A DNA stretch of 64,000 bases, from positions 93,188-157,187 of the forward strand of contig DASXQR010000017.1 of the NCBI GenBank assembly GCA_036507075.1, read 5' to 3'. This document shows positions 30,535-40,001 of this stretch, piece after piece (position 1 is the first letter of the stretch; every line of letters starts with the position of its first letter). The translations under genes were made by a program, and so were the position numbers. The notes beneath the pieces were generated by a model. It was given only the letters and a program-made list of their open reading frames with translations. It was not told the DNA's origin and searched no databases. Source of the DNA: Acidobacteriota bacterium. Its GTDB lineage: Bacteria > Acidobacteriota > UBA6911 > JACQSX01.

Positions 30535-31827
30535 ATGATTGCCGGCAAAAAGATCGCTGTTCTGGGCGTAATCTTTCTGGGACTTCTGGCCTTCGTTTAT
30601 TTCCACGAAATACGCGGGAAGGGCGAAGCCGACAAGCAGCAATCGGAGGCTAAGAAGGTCGTTCAGTTCAATGCCGACAAGGTTCGGAAAATTGCCCTGT
30701 CGCGAAGAAACGAGAGTCCCACTGTTGCCGTGAAAGAAGGCGCCAAGTGGAGAATCATCGAACCGGTTCAGGCGGTCGCCGACAGCACGGCGGTTGACGC
30801 TTTGCTGCAGTCGTTGGCTGATATGTCCTCGGACCGCACTCTGGAGAAAGTGGACTTAGGAAAATACGGTTTGAAGAGTCCCAGTGTCACGGTGACCCTG
30901 GAGGAACCAGGCAAGAAACTTGTGCTTTACTTCGGAGACAAAGATTTTTCCGGCAGCAATGTCTACCTGACGCTGGACAACGCAAAGGTGGAAATTGTTC
31001 CCGACGCCGCCTATACCAAGGCGATGGCTCCTGTTTCAGAGTTGCGGGATAAAACCATTCTGGATTTCAACGCGGATGCTATCGACCGAATCGAAATCCA
31101 CCGCCAAGGCGATGTTGTGGAGCTGAAGAAACAAAAGGATGGGTGGCGCCTGGCAAGGCCTGTGCCGGATCACGCGGACGATGCGACCGTGGATTCGCTG
31201 GTCAATTCGATCCGATATGGGCGGATCCAGGATTTTGCCGCGGATTCCCTGGACCAACTCAAAAAATACGGCTTGCAGCCGCCTGCCTTGCAGATCGTTG
31301 TTTTTGCGGGAGAGAAACGAAGCGAACTCAATGTTGGTGGGAAGAGTGGTGACAACAACTACGCGTACGCCGCCGGGCGGACTGTAGTGTTTACCGTCCC
31401 CAAGGACGTTCTGGAGAAGGCAACTCAGCCAGCGGAAAAATTGCTCTCGCGCGAAGTTTTGAAATTCGAACGCGACAAGGTAAACAAGATTGAAGCCACA
31501 ACGGAGAAGGGAAAGTGGTCAGTCGCCAGGAAGGGAAACCGCTGGAGCGTCACGGAGCCGGCGGGCAATGAAAAGAAGAATTTTCAGGATTCTCGCGTAT
31601 TGTTCGCTCTGGAAACATTACGCGGTGATCGAGCCAAGAATCCCGGTGCGCTCGTAAAACCGACGCTGGTTTATACGCTGACCCTATCCGACTCCACCAT
31701 CCGCGTAGAAATCTTCAAGAAGGGAAAGGACTGGCTGGCCAGGAGCAGCCAGTCAGACAAGGTGTTCCAGGTACCTGAAGACAAAGTGGAGACCCTGAAT
31801 AAGTCCATCGAGAGCTTCCTGGAATGA
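30535..31827 (+). CDS. DUF4340-like protein that accompanies GldG-type systems
   Basis: About 430 aa; N-terminal TM anchor; start ATG at 30535 directly after the gldG-like stop (the track ORF begins at 30511). Confidence 0.6.
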   Translation: MIAGKKIAVLGVIFLGLLAFVYFHEIRGKGEADKQQSEAKKVVQFNADKVRKIALSRRNESPTVAVKEGAKWRIIEPVQAVADSTAVDALLQSLADMSSDRTLEKVDLGKYGLKSPSVTVTLEEPGKKLVLYFGDKDFSGSNVYLTLDNAKVEIVPDAAYTKAMAPVSELRDKTILDFNADAIDRIEIHRQGDVVELKKQKDGWRLARPVPDHADDATVDSLVNSIRYGRIQDFAADSLDQLKKYGLQPPALQIVVFAGEKRSELNVGGKSGDNNYAYAAGRTVVFTVPKDVLEKATQPAEKLLSREVLKFERDKVNKIEATTEKGKWSVARKGNRWSVTEPAGNEKKNFQDSRVLFALETLRGDRAKNPGALVKPTLVYTLTLSDSTIRVEIFKKGKDWLARSSQSDKVFQVPEDKVETLNKSIESFLE

Positions 31828-31832
31828 TTTCG

Positions 31833-32074
31833 AATGCGGAATGTGAAATGCGGAATGATTTTAGATGGGGAATGCGGAATGCGAAATGCGGAATGATTTT
31901 AGATGCGGAATGCGGAATGCGGAATGCGGAATAAGGAAGTGAGCTTTTTCTATCTTCGGAGAGTCGAGCCAAACATTCGGCGTTCCCCATTCCGCATTCT
32001 CCATTCCCCATTCCGCATTCTCCATTCCGCATTTAAAATCATTCCGCATTCCGCATTCCGCATTCCGCATTCGG
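31833..32074. repeat. large palindromic element, CGGAATG family; each arm ~100 nt and internally duplicated (gaatgcggaatgNgaaatgcggaatgattttagatg x2)
   Basis: Read directly; the right arm is the reverse complement (cattccgcattctccattcc x2 ... cattccgcattccgcattccgcattccgcattcgg); it supplies the first ~57 codons of the track ORF 31903..33090. Confidence 0.9.
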
Positions 32075-33090
32075 AAGTCTTGCTGGTCCTGCTGCTTGCT
32101 CTTCTAGTGTCCGCTTCCTGCCGCAGCGATGCCACCAACCGCATTGTGGTTTACTCCACGCACGGCAAGGAGCTTCTGGGCGACCTGCAAAAACGGTTTG
32201 AGGGCCAAAATCCGGGCCTGGATGTCCAGTGGCTGGACATGGGATCGCAGGACGTGCTGGACAGGCTTCGCTCCGAGAAGGCAAATCCGCAGGCGGATGT
32301 CTGGTTTGGCGCCCCCAACGTAATGTTTAGCCAGGCCTCGCGCGAGGGTCTGCTCCAGAGTTACCTTCCCACCTGGGCCGATAAGGTGCCCGCCTCGGCG
32401 CGGGGCTTAAACGACGCGTGGTTTGGGACTTACTTCACGCCCGAGGTGATCGGTTACAACAGTAATGCGGTGAAGGATCAGGATGTGCCGCGAGACTGGG
32501 ATGATCTTCTGTTGCCGCGCTGGAGAAAGAGGATCATCATTCGCGACCCGGTCGCGTCGGGGACGATGCGCACGATCTTTGGAGCTATGCTTTTCCGTTT
32601 TCAGAAACAGGGAGACGTCGAGAAGGGCTTTGACTGGCTTCGCCGGCTGGATGCAAACACCAAAGAATATGTGGCCAATTCGACGATTCTCTTTCAGAAG
32701 ATGGCGCGCGGTGAAGCCGACATCACGCTGTGGAACATGCCTGACATGGAACTGCAGCGAAACATCTACCATTTTCCTTTCGGCTACGTTTTCCCGTCCA
32801 GCGGGACACCGTATCTTACCGAGGGGATTGCCCTGGTACGACGGGAAAGGAATTCCGAGGCTGCCCGGAAGTACTATGAATTTGTAACTTCAGAGGAGAG
32901 TCTCAGAATGGCGGCCGAAAAATATGCCCGCATTCCGGCCCGTGCTGATATCCCCGCCTCCAGCCTTCCTCCCAACATTGCGCGGGCTCGAGAACAAATC
33001 CGCCCCTTGGACCTTGACTGGGAAGTGCTGGAAAAAGAGTCCAAAGGCTGGATAAAAAGGTGGGAAACGGAAATCAGGGGCTCCGGCTAG
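31903..33090 (+). CDS. ABC transporter periplasmic substrate-binding protein (iron(III)/FbpA-like family)
   Basis: Type II periplasmic binding protein fold; signal-peptide-like LLVLLLALLVSASC; the first ~57 codons are repeat-derived, so the true start is probably near 32070-32085. Confidence 0.75.
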   Translation: MRNAECGMRNKEVSFFYLRRVEPNIRRSPFRILHSPFRILHSAFKIIPHSAFRIPHSEVLLVLLLALLVSASCRSDATNRIVVYSTHGKELLGDLQKRFEGQNPGLDVQWLDMGSQDVLDRLRSEKANPQADVWFGAPNVMFSQASREGLLQSYLPTWADKVPASARGLNDAWFGTYFTPEVIGYNSNAVKDQDVPRDWDDLLLPRWRKRIIIRDPVASGTMRTIFGAMLFRFQKQGDVEKGFDWLRRLDANTKEYVANSTILFQKMARGEADITLWNMPDMELQRNIYHFPFGYVFPSSGTPYLTEGIALVRRERNSEAARKYYEFVTSEESLRMAAEKYARIPARADIPASSLPPNIARAREQIRPLDLDWEVLEKESKGWIKRWETEIRGSG

Positions 33091-33296
33091 CTCGATTATT
33101 CAGGAGAACTTAACCGCCAAGACCGCCAAGAGCAGCGCAAAGGACGGGGCTGAAGCTTGAAGTATGAAGGCCATCCAGGCAGCATCAAAAGTTGGCGTGA
33201 TGCCCTTCATACTTCAAGCTTCAGCCCCGTCCTTTGCGCCATTCTTAGCGATCTTGGCGGTCTTGGCGGTTAAGATTTTTTGAATAGTTCGAGCTA
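33086..33296. repeat. ~210-bp palindromic element, ACCGCCAAG family: TIR TAGCTCGATTATTCAGG..., arms (ACCGCCAAG)x2, inner perfect ~37-bp inverted repeat GCGCAAAGGACGGGGCTGAAGCTTGAAGTATGAAGG
   Basis: Read directly; homologous in architecture and sequence to 47024-47228; inside the ABC operon between the binding-protein gene (whose TAG stop lies in the TIR) and the ATPase gene. Confidence 0.9.
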
Positions 33297-33349
33297 ATTC
33301 GATTTTCAAATTCGAAACTCGCACCCCCAACCTGCTAACCTATTGCTGC

Positions 33350-34402
33350 ATGTCATTGGTGCTCGACAACGTCTCAAAGAAATATGGCGCGACGCAAGCG
33401 GTGACAGACTTTTCGCTTGAGATGAATGCCGCAGAGATCTTGTGCCTGCTGGGACCGAGCGGCTGCGGCAAGACCACCACGCTGCGTCTGATTTCCGGGC
33501 TGGAATTTCCCGATCAGGGCAGGATCGGCTTCGACGGGCACGACATTACGGACGTGGCTCCGCAGAAACGCCGCTTTGGCATGGTATTTCAGTCCTATGC
33601 ATTGTTTCCTCACATGAACGTGTTTGAAAACGTCGCGTTCGGTCTGAGAGCTCTGGGCGTGGGAAAAGGCGAAATTCGCGAGCGCGTTAGAAAGGCCCTG
33701 GAACTGCTCCAGATTGATTCAAAGTTTGATCGCCGAATTCAGGATCTCAGCGGAGGCGAGCAACAGCGTGTTGCGGTCGCTCGCGCTGTTGTCATTGAAC
33801 CGCGCCTGCTGCTGCTGGATGAGCCGTTGAGCAATCTGGATGCCGTGTTGCGTGAAACCACCCGCACTCAGCTTCGGCAGCTGATCCGCAGGCTGAGGAT
33901 TGGCGCCGTTTTTGTTACGCACGACCAGGAAGAGGCGTTTGCGCTGGGTGATCGAGTGGCCGTGATGAAGTCCGGCAGGCTTCAGCAGCTCGGAACCCCG
34001 TCGGAAATATATGAGCGTCCGGCAAACCTGTTCGTGGCGCAATTCATGGGAAAGTCCAACGTCCTCGACGTAAGCGCTCGCAACGGATCCGGGCAGTTCT
34101 CAACCGGTGATCTGGTCTGGAAAGCGGGCCGGCCCGCGGAGCGGTCCGGCAGTATGCATGCGTTCTTTCGACCCGATCAGGTCCAGCTCGGTGGTGCCGG
34201 CATTAATTCAGCTACCGTGGAGATTGTGGATCTGCAACGCACCATCCGCGGCCTGTTGCTGGTGGCGCGTTTGGAAGCGCATCTGATTGAAGTGCAGGCG
34301 CCCATGTCCGTGTCGGATTCATCTCTCTCCCGCCTCAAAATCGGCGACCAGGTACAGATCTACGTACCGCCCGATGCGATTCATCTCTTTCCGCATGAGT
34401 AA
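33350..34402 (+). CDS. ABC transporter ATP-binding protein (FbpC/PotA-type, with C-terminal TOBE-like domain)
   Basis: Walker A GPSGCGKTT, signature LSGGEQQRVAVAR, Walker B LLLDEP. Confidence 0.9.
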   Translation: MSLVLDNVSKKYGATQAVTDFSLEMNAAEILCLLGPSGCGKTTTLRLISGLEFPDQGRIGFDGHDITDVAPQKRRFGMVFQSYALFPHMNVFENVAFGLRALGVGKGEIRERVRKALELLQIDSKFDRRIQDLSGGEQQRVAVARAVVIEPRLLLLDEPLSNLDAVLRETTRTQLRQLIRRLRIGAVFVTHDQEEAFALGDRVAVMKSGRLQQLGTPSEIYERPANLFVAQFMGKSNVLDVSARNGSGQFSTGDLVWKAGRPAERSGSMHAFFRPDQVQLGGAGINSATVEIVDLQRTIRGLLLVARLEAHLIEVQAPMSVSDSSLSRLKIGDQVQIYVPPDAIHLFPHE

Positions 34403-36068
34403 TCGCGCGCGCGCCGTCGTCGTTGCCCTGGTGGTGTTCATAGCGGTATGGCTGATACTTTTTCCACATTTGTTTATCGGCGCGGAAAGTGTCCGCACCG
34501 CGGACGGCTGGGGTTTGGAGAACTATCGCCAGTTTTTCACCGAACCCTCCAATCTTGAAGCCACGCTGAACAGCTTCTGGATCTCGGTCTGGAGCGTCTT
34601 GCTGGCAGCCGTGATTGGAACCCCTCTGGCGTTTCTTTTCCATAACCTGGAGTTTCCGGGGCGAAGGATATTTGCAACGCTTGCAGGGCTTCCCATACTG
34701 CTGCCACCGCTGGTCGGGAGCATCGCGATCATGTTTCTCTACGGCGAAAGCGGCGTCTTCAGCCGCTCGCTGCAGGCCGTTCTGGCCTTGAGTGAGCCTC
34801 CTTTTCGGTTCACGGGGTTTTTTGCAATCCTTGCCGTGCATGCTTATACGCTGTATGTCTATTTTTTTCTTTTTGTCAGTTCCGGATTGGATCGGCTGGA
34901 TCGCTCGCAACTGGAAGCCGCCCGCAGCCTGGGGGCGTCACAAACCCGAACATTTCTCAGCATCACGCTGCCGCTGCTCACGCCTGCTCTGGTGGGAGCA
35001 TCGCTGATTACATTTTTGACGTCGATGGCAAGCTTCAGCGCGCCATACCTCTTTGGGGGTGGAACGCGCGTTTTAACGGTGCAGATCTTCAATGCCAAAG
35101 TTAACGGCGACGTCGCTCTTGCCTATACGCAGTCGATCGTCCTGGTATCGGTTTCGATCTTGATGCTGGCACTGCTGCGGTATTTTGAATCGCGCCGGTT
35201 GTATGCCGGGGCTTCCAGAGGAACTGCTGCCGTGCGGCGGCGCATTGGCAATCCGCGGTTGGAAAAACTGCTGGGGTTGGCGGGGATTGTTGCGGTCATC
35301 TTCCTGCTGCTGCCGCACCTGACCATCCTGCTGGTCAGCTTTGTGAAGGAAGGTTCCTGGACGACGCAGATCCTGCCTCCCGAGTACAGTACGGAGAATT
35401 ACCGGCGGCTGTTCGCCGATGCGCAGTTTTTTGAGCCGATCCGCAACAGCCTGCTGATGTCTCTGGCGGCCACGCTGGCCAACCTGGTCTGGGGTTTTCT
35501 GGCTGCCTACCTGCTGTCATCAAAGAGGGCGTTTCTGGGACGTCGCGTGCTGGAAGGCATCATTCTCCTGCCCTGGGCGCTGCCCGGAACGGTAATGGCC
35601 ATTGCGTTGGCCTCCACTTTTTCTGTGAATGCCCCGCTGCAGGGCCGTATTTTGCTGGTGGGTAGTTTCTGGATCCTGCCGCTTGCGTATTTTGTGCGGA
35701 ACGTGCCTTTGATGGTGCGGGCGATTCAATCCAGCTTCGCTCAGGCGGATCCTGCTATTGAAGAAGCCGCCTACACGCTTGGGGCAGGCCCGGTGCTTAC
35801 GCTGCGGAGCGTCGTGGTGCCGTTGGTGATGCCGGGAATTGTCACGGGCAGCCTGATGGCATTGGTCATGGCTTTGGGCGAGTTTGTTGCTTCCATCGTC
35901 TTGTACACTCCTCTAAACCGCCCCATCTCGGTAGAGATACTGGCGCAACTCAGACAGTTCAGCTTCGGAACAGCCGCGGCCTACGGCGTAGTGCTGAGCA
36001 TTCTGATCGCGGCCGTTTTTATAGCTACACAATTGCTCAGTGGGAAGACAAATCAATTCCGCATTTGA
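34395..36068 (+). CDS. ABC transporter permease (two fused FbpB-type modules)
   Basis: ATG at 34395 overlaps the ATPase stop; 12 TM helices; two EAA-like loops (EAARSLGAS, EAAYTLGAG). Confidence 0.85.
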   Translation: MSNRARAVVVALVVFIAVWLILFPHLFIGAESVRTADGWGLENYRQFFTEPSNLEATLNSFWISVWSVLLAAVIGTPLAFLFHNLEFPGRRIFATLAGLPILLPPLVGSIAIMFLYGESGVFSRSLQAVLALSEPPFRFTGFFAILAVHAYTLYVYFFLFVSSGLDRLDRSQLEAARSLGASQTRTFLSITLPLLTPALVGASLITFLTSMASFSAPYLFGGGTRVLTVQIFNAKVNGDVALAYTQSIVLVSVSILMLALLRYFESRRLYAGASRGTAAVRRRIGNPRLEKLLGLAGIVAVIFLLLPHLTILLVSFVKEGSWTTQILPPEYSTENYRRLFADAQFFEPIRNSLLMSLAATLANLVWGFLAAYLLSSKRAFLGRRVLEGIILLPWALPGTVMAIALASTFSVNAPLQGRILLVGSFWILPLAYFVRNVPLMVRAIQSSFAQADPAIEEAAYTLGAGPVLTLRSVVVPLVMPGIVTGSLMALVMALGEFVASIVLYTPLNRPISVEILAQLRQFSFGTAAAYGVVLSILIAAVFIATQLLSGKTNQFRI

Positions 36069-36114
36069 ATCACCGCCCCACAAATCCTCAAATTCCACCT
36101 TGCCAGGCTCCTTG

Positions 36115-36244
36115 CCACGAAGTCACGAAGGCACGAAGTTCAACAGTTCTATTCGAAGTGACACTCGGGCAAAAACAATCAATATTTATGAGAAGTGCCA
36201 CTACAAACTAAATCTCGCCTTTCGTGTCTTCGTGTCTTCGTGGC
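36115..36244. repeat. palindromic element, CACGAAG family (ccacgaagtcacgaaggcacgaag ... cctttcgtgtcttcgtgtcttcgtgg), apex core GAAGTGACACTC
   Basis: The 24-nt left arm is identical to 56886-56909; the apex is homologous to the other CACGAAG elements. Confidence 0.9.
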
Positions 36245-36289
36245 GGTTTCGGCGGTCGGGCTTGCCGGGTTCCACACCGGAGCGAAAAG

Positions 36290-36345
36290 CCTGGCTTGGT
36301 GCCTTGGTGGTTCCAAAACTTTTTTCACCACCAGGACACCAAGCT
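36290..36345. repeat. small palindromic element, CACCAAG family (ctggcttggtgccttggtgg ... caccaccaggacaccaagctcc)
   Basis: Read directly; a further CTTCGTG half-array at 36396-36420 encodes the C-terminus of the ORF 36398..37696. Confidence 0.85.
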
Positions 36346-36397
36346 CCAAAACTTTCATTCTGCCGCATCGTTGGTCCGTGCTACCGTGGTTGCAGGT

Positions 36398-37696
36398 CTA
36401 GGGCTTCGTGGTCTTCGCGGCTCGATTTTCGGCGCCTCCCGGCCATGCGAACACAGTCCAGGCAAACAGGGCGGGCAGCACATGCAGGAGCACCCTGGAA
36501 AGCGACGTGCCCATATGCCATTCAAATGGGTAAGGCGCGAAAAAATAACTGAAGAAATACAAAGCGAGTTGACCGAAAAACAGCCACTTCAACCGGTACG
36601 GGTCCTGCCTTGTCCAAAGCAGCAATAACGGCAGCCACCAGGCAAAGTTCCATTTCCAGCCATTAAACATCTCCGTCAGCATCACTCCTAGAATGCCGGC
36701 TGCCCTGGGCAGCATTTCGAAATCCGGAATTGTTGCGCGATCCACAAACCACGCCTCCGAGCCGAATAGGTGCTTTGGAATCCAGAATGCAAAGATTCCG
36801 GCTGTCACGCCGGCCAGGGCGGCTATCAACGGCAATCGCTTCTTCACGCCCGCTGAAAGGAATTCGGCGAAAATGAGATAGGCGCAGAACAATAACGAGA
36901 ATGCGATTCCTTCAGCTTTGGTCCAGCAGGTGAGAAAGATGGTAACCGCCAGCAGAACCGCCGTGCGCGGTTCGGGCCGGATTTGCAGCAGCAGCGCGAG
37001 AAAAATCGACGCGGCAATAAGGGTTTCCAGGATCAAATCCGCATCGCGGTTGAAGGCACCCACAAGAGCAAAGGGTATGACGACATAAGCGGCTGTGAAA
37101 GTGAGAGAGGAGCCGCGTTCCCATCGCAATCTAGCCGAAGAATAGAGGATCAATAACAGCGAGCAAAAGAACATAAATACGATGCCTTTTGCGGCGTCTT
37201 CGGAAAATCTTCCTTTGAGCCTGCCAAACCATGCGTGCATCAGCGGAATATTCCACGGGTAGGACGGCTGCACGTCGCGGAATCTGACGGCCTCCTGGCC
37301 GGTCAGCTTTCCTTCAATCGCGATTACCTTGCCCTTGAAAAGCCACATCGATATGGCATCCCATTCAACGACAGGCATGATTACGACATGCGTCCAGACT
37401 TGTGCCAGCGCCGCTGCGATGAGTAACAGCGCTGCACCGTCTTTCCAGGTCCAGTTCTTGATATTCCAGCGCGGTCTGATGGCGACGGTGAAGAGCAGAA
37501 ACGGGGAAAGAATCAATGCGCTCCAGAAAGCTTGGGCGCGCCAGGCTTCCATAAGGCCGAAATCGATCAGCGCATGAACGCCGGCCGAAACCGGAAATGC
37601 CAATCCGAGCTTTTCCGAAAGACGTGCCCGCGGGATGGCGCAATGAACCATCCCGGCGCCAGTCAACAAAAGCCAGACAAATGCGAGCCAGCTCAT
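36398..37696 (-). CDS. polytopic membrane protein, possible GT-C-type glycosyltransferase
   Basis: 432 aa, at least ten TM helices, short loop motif VEWDAISMW; the last 8 aa are encoded by repeat sequence. Confidence 0.4.
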   Translation of the reverse strand: MSWLAFVWLLLTGAGMVHCAIPRARLSEKLGLAFPVSAGVHALIDFGLMEAWRAQAFWSALILSPFLLFTVAIRPRWNIKNWTWKDGAALLLIAAALAQVWTHVVIMPVVEWDAISMWLFKGKVIAIEGKLTGQEAVRFRDVQPSYPWNIPLMHAWFGRLKGRFSEDAAKGIVFMFFCSLLLILYSSARLRWERGSSLTFTAAYVVIPFALVGAFNRDADLILETLIAASIFLALLLQIRPEPRTAVLLAVTIFLTCWTKAEGIAFSLLFCAYLIFAEFLSAGVKKRLPLIAALAGVTAGIFAFWIPKHLFGSEAWFVDRATIPDFEMLPRAAGILGVMLTEMFNGWKWNFAWWLPLLLLWTRQDPYRLKWLFFGQLALYFFSYFFAPYPFEWHMGTSLSRVLLHVLPALFAWTVFAWPGGAENRAAKTTKP

Positions 37697-38136
37697 TGCT
37701 TTCGGTTCTTCAGCAGGACCACTTGCGGACTTTCATAGAGCTTTTCATAATTCTGGAAGGAAAATCCGGCGGGAACGCGTGGATAAAGCAGGGTGAATTC
37801 CGGTTTCAGTCCCGGATTCGAGATGGTATCGAAAAGAGTCCGGGTGGGATACAGCTCGTAGTCAAGCAGATGATGAAGATAGACCCTTTTCTCATCCTCC
37901 ATCTCTCCAGCCAGCAAAATAATCGATCCGGAAGGGACCTTCTCTCTCACTACCGTCACACACTCTCCCGAGCCCGGGAACATCACGTCGCGCTTTTGCA
38001 GGTTGCCTTTGAGACCCGCGTAGTCTTTCCACTCTCTGAACATATTGGGAAAGCCTTCTGCCGCGAAATAGGCGATGCCGGCGCCAAACCAGATAAAGGC
38101 AATCAGGCGAACCGGTAAACGTGGTTGTTTTTCCAT
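37693..38136 (-). CDS. hypothetical membrane-anchored protein
   Basis: 147 aa; N-terminal TM helix; ATGA overlap with the downstream membrane-protein gene. Confidence 0.4.
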   Translation of the reverse strand: MEKQPRLPVRLIAFIWFGAGIAYFAAEGFPNMFREWKDYAGLKGNLQKRDVMFPGSGECVTVVREKVPSGSIILLAGEMEDEKRVYLHHLLDYELYPTRTLFDTISNPGLKPEFTLLYPRVPAGFSFQNYEKLYESPQVVLLKNRKQ

Positions 38137-38203
38137 TCAGACCGCCCTGAGGAATTCAAAAGGCTGGTTTGGCATTCCTATTTATAATAGCAACCGGTGA
38201 CTT

Positions 38204-39352
38204 ATGAAAATTGGCATCACATGTTATCCCACGTACGGCGGAAGCGGTGTGGTTGCTTCGGAGCTTGGAAAAAGCCTGGCGGAGCGGGGCCACGAAGTGC
38301 ACTTCATTTCATCTTCTCTCCCGAACCGCATTTTTGAGCTGACCGACCGCATTCGGTTCCATGAAGTCGATGTGATGGATTATCCGCTTTTTGAATATGC
38401 GCCCTATTGCCTGGCGCTCGCCACGAGGATGGCGGAAGTGGCAGAGCAGGAGAACCTGGATCTGCTTCACGTGCATTATGCCATTCCGCACTCCATCAGC
38501 GCTTACCTGGCAAGGGAGATGCTGGCTGAAAGACGGCGCCTTCCAATTGCAACCACGCTCCATGGAACCGACATTACACTGGTGGGTCGCAATCACAGCT
38601 ATCTGCCGATCACGCGCTTCGGCATTCGCCAGAGCGACGGCGTCACGGCTGTGTCGCGTTATTTGAAGAGCGCCACCCAGCGCGAATTCTGTTGCGACTG
38701 CGAGATCGAGGTGATTCCCAATTTCATCGACGGAAACGTCTTCCAGCGGCGCTTTTCGCAGGAGTTGTACCAGCGCTTTGCGCCCGACGGTGAGCGTATT
38801 CTGGTGCATCTTTCAAACTTTCGTCCGGTCAAACGAGTGCAGGATGTGGTGAAGGTGTTCTTCGGAATCCAGAAGAGTGTCCCCTCGGTGCTGTTGCTTC
38901 TGGGCGATGGAACGGAGCGGTCGAATGTCGAGTTTCTGGTACGCGAGCTGGGCATCAATCACAAGGTTTTTTTCATCGGAAAGATGAACAAGCCGGCCGA
39001 GTACCTTTCCATCTCCGACCTGATGATTCTACCGAGCGAGCTGGAGAGTTTTGGTTTGGCGGCGCTGGAGGCGATGGCATGTGAGGTGCCGGTAATTGCA
39101 ACCCGTGTGGGAGGCCTTCCCGAACTGGTGGAAGCGGGCCAGGTGGGTTGCCTGGCTCCTGTGGGGGCGATTGACGAGATGGTTCGCTGCGGGATTGAAT
39201 TACTGACCGACGAGAAGCGGCTGCGAAGTTTTGGAGCAGAGGCGCGGCGGCGGGCTCTGGAACGATACGATCGCGATCAGATCGTCCCCCAATACGAGGC
39301 TTTCTATCGAAAGCTCGTCAATGGCGATATTGCAAAAGCGGATTGTCCGTAG
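38204..39352 (+). CDS. GT4 family glycosyltransferase (BshA/MshA-like)
   Basis: 382 aa; N-terminal GITCYPTYGGSGVVASELG Rossmann motif and C-terminal EX7E-type motif typical of retaining GT4 enzymes. Confidence 0.75.
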   Translation: MKIGITCYPTYGGSGVVASELGKSLAERGHEVHFISSSLPNRIFELTDRIRFHEVDVMDYPLFEYAPYCLALATRMAEVAEQENLDLLHVHYAIPHSISAYLAREMLAERRRLPIATTLHGTDITLVGRNHSYLPITRFGIRQSDGVTAVSRYLKSATQREFCCDCEIEVIPNFIDGNVFQRRFSQELYQRFAPDGERILVHLSNFRPVKRVQDVVKVFFGIQKSVPSVLLLLGDGTERSNVEFLVRELGINHKVFFIGKMNKPAEYLSISDLMILPSELESFGLAALEAMACEVPVIATRVGGLPELVEAGQVGCLAPVGAIDEMVRCGIELLTDEKRLRSFGAEARRRALERYDRDQIVPQYEAFYRKLVNGDIAKADCP

Positions 39353-39363
39353 TCCCCCAGGTC

Positions 39364-39430
39364 CACCGCGAAGGCGCGAAAGCGCGAACAACAGAGTCAG
39401 GCATTTTCGCGCCTTCGCGCCTTCGCGGTG
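39364..39430. repeat. palindromic element, CGCGAAG family (caccgcgaaggcgcgaaagcgcgaac ... ttttcgcgccttcgcgccttcgcggtg)
   Basis: Read directly; lies between the convergent GT4 gene and the 39435..40001 ORF. Confidence 0.9.
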
Positions 39431-39434
39431 AGTA

Positions 39435-40001
39435 TTAACGGAAATTCGAAACGGCCCTTACCACGTCCGATGCGATCCGATGCGGCAAATTTTGTGTTGG
39501 CTCGCCCGCTGGAAATTTGTAATCCTCGAGCCAGAAGGGAAGATTAGGCCGGTGCACGGAGGCCAGGTATACCTTCAGATGCAGATTGTCTTTGGCGTGC
39601 GATACGCGGCCGGTAACGACAAAGTCGATCCCCAGCTCGCGAGCTGCCTGGCCCAGGTCGGATTGTCTGCTCTTGAATGGCTTGGATTCCTGGAAAGGAA
39701 GCGTTTCCAGCCTTCGGTAACGCGAAATTTCGCTCGCAATACTGCCTGCCAGGCCGTCCAGCATTCGATCATTGTCTGCGTTTTCAGCCCCGAGGAAGGG
39801 AAGTACCGCAATTCGCCGAGGAGGCGGCTGCACTCCGCTCTTGCCCGTCAGCAGGAACAGCCAGAAGGGACTGGTGGCGACAATCGCCGTGACCAGGAGG
39901 GCAACGATGACCCAGATGCCTTGAGTACGCGTCGATTCTTTGTGCCCTTTGTGTCTTAGTGGTGAAAGACTCATTAACCACAAAGGCACAAAGAACACCA
40001 A
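39435..40001 (-). CDS. hypothetical protein with a TolB-N-terminal-like motif (IAVLPF...)
   Basis: 188 aa; the N-terminal ~25 aa are encoded by the CACAAAG palindrome at 39926-39990, so the true start is probably downstream. Confidence 0.4.
   Translation of the reverse strand: MVFFVPLWLMSLSPLRHKGHKESTRTQGIWVIVALLVTAIVATSPFWLFLLTGKSGVQPPPRRIAVLPFLGAENADNDRMLDGLAGSIASEISRYRRLETLPFQESKPFKSRQSDLGQAARELGIDFVVTGRVSHAKDNLHLKVYLASVHRPNLPFWLEDYKFPAGEPTQNLPHRIASDVVRAVSNFR
39926..39990. repeat. palindromic element, CACAAAG variant of the CACCAAG family (ttctttgtgccctttgtgtcttagtggtg ... taaccacaaaggcacaaagaacacc)
   Basis: Read directly; same architecture as the element at 42731-42780. Confidence 0.85.

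Noticed and set aside
31715-32284. Track ORFs 31715..32032(-), 31861..32070(-), 31950..32144(-) and 32039..32284(-), with peptides such as MRNGECGMGNGECG
   Set aside because: They are translations of CGGAATG arrays, or lie antisense to the binding-protein gene.
38204-39352. A specific call of the GT4 enzyme as bacillithiol BshA
   Set aside because: The GT4 N-terminal motif is shared with MshA and many other retaining transferases, and no bshB or bshC is nearby. It is kept as a generic GT4.
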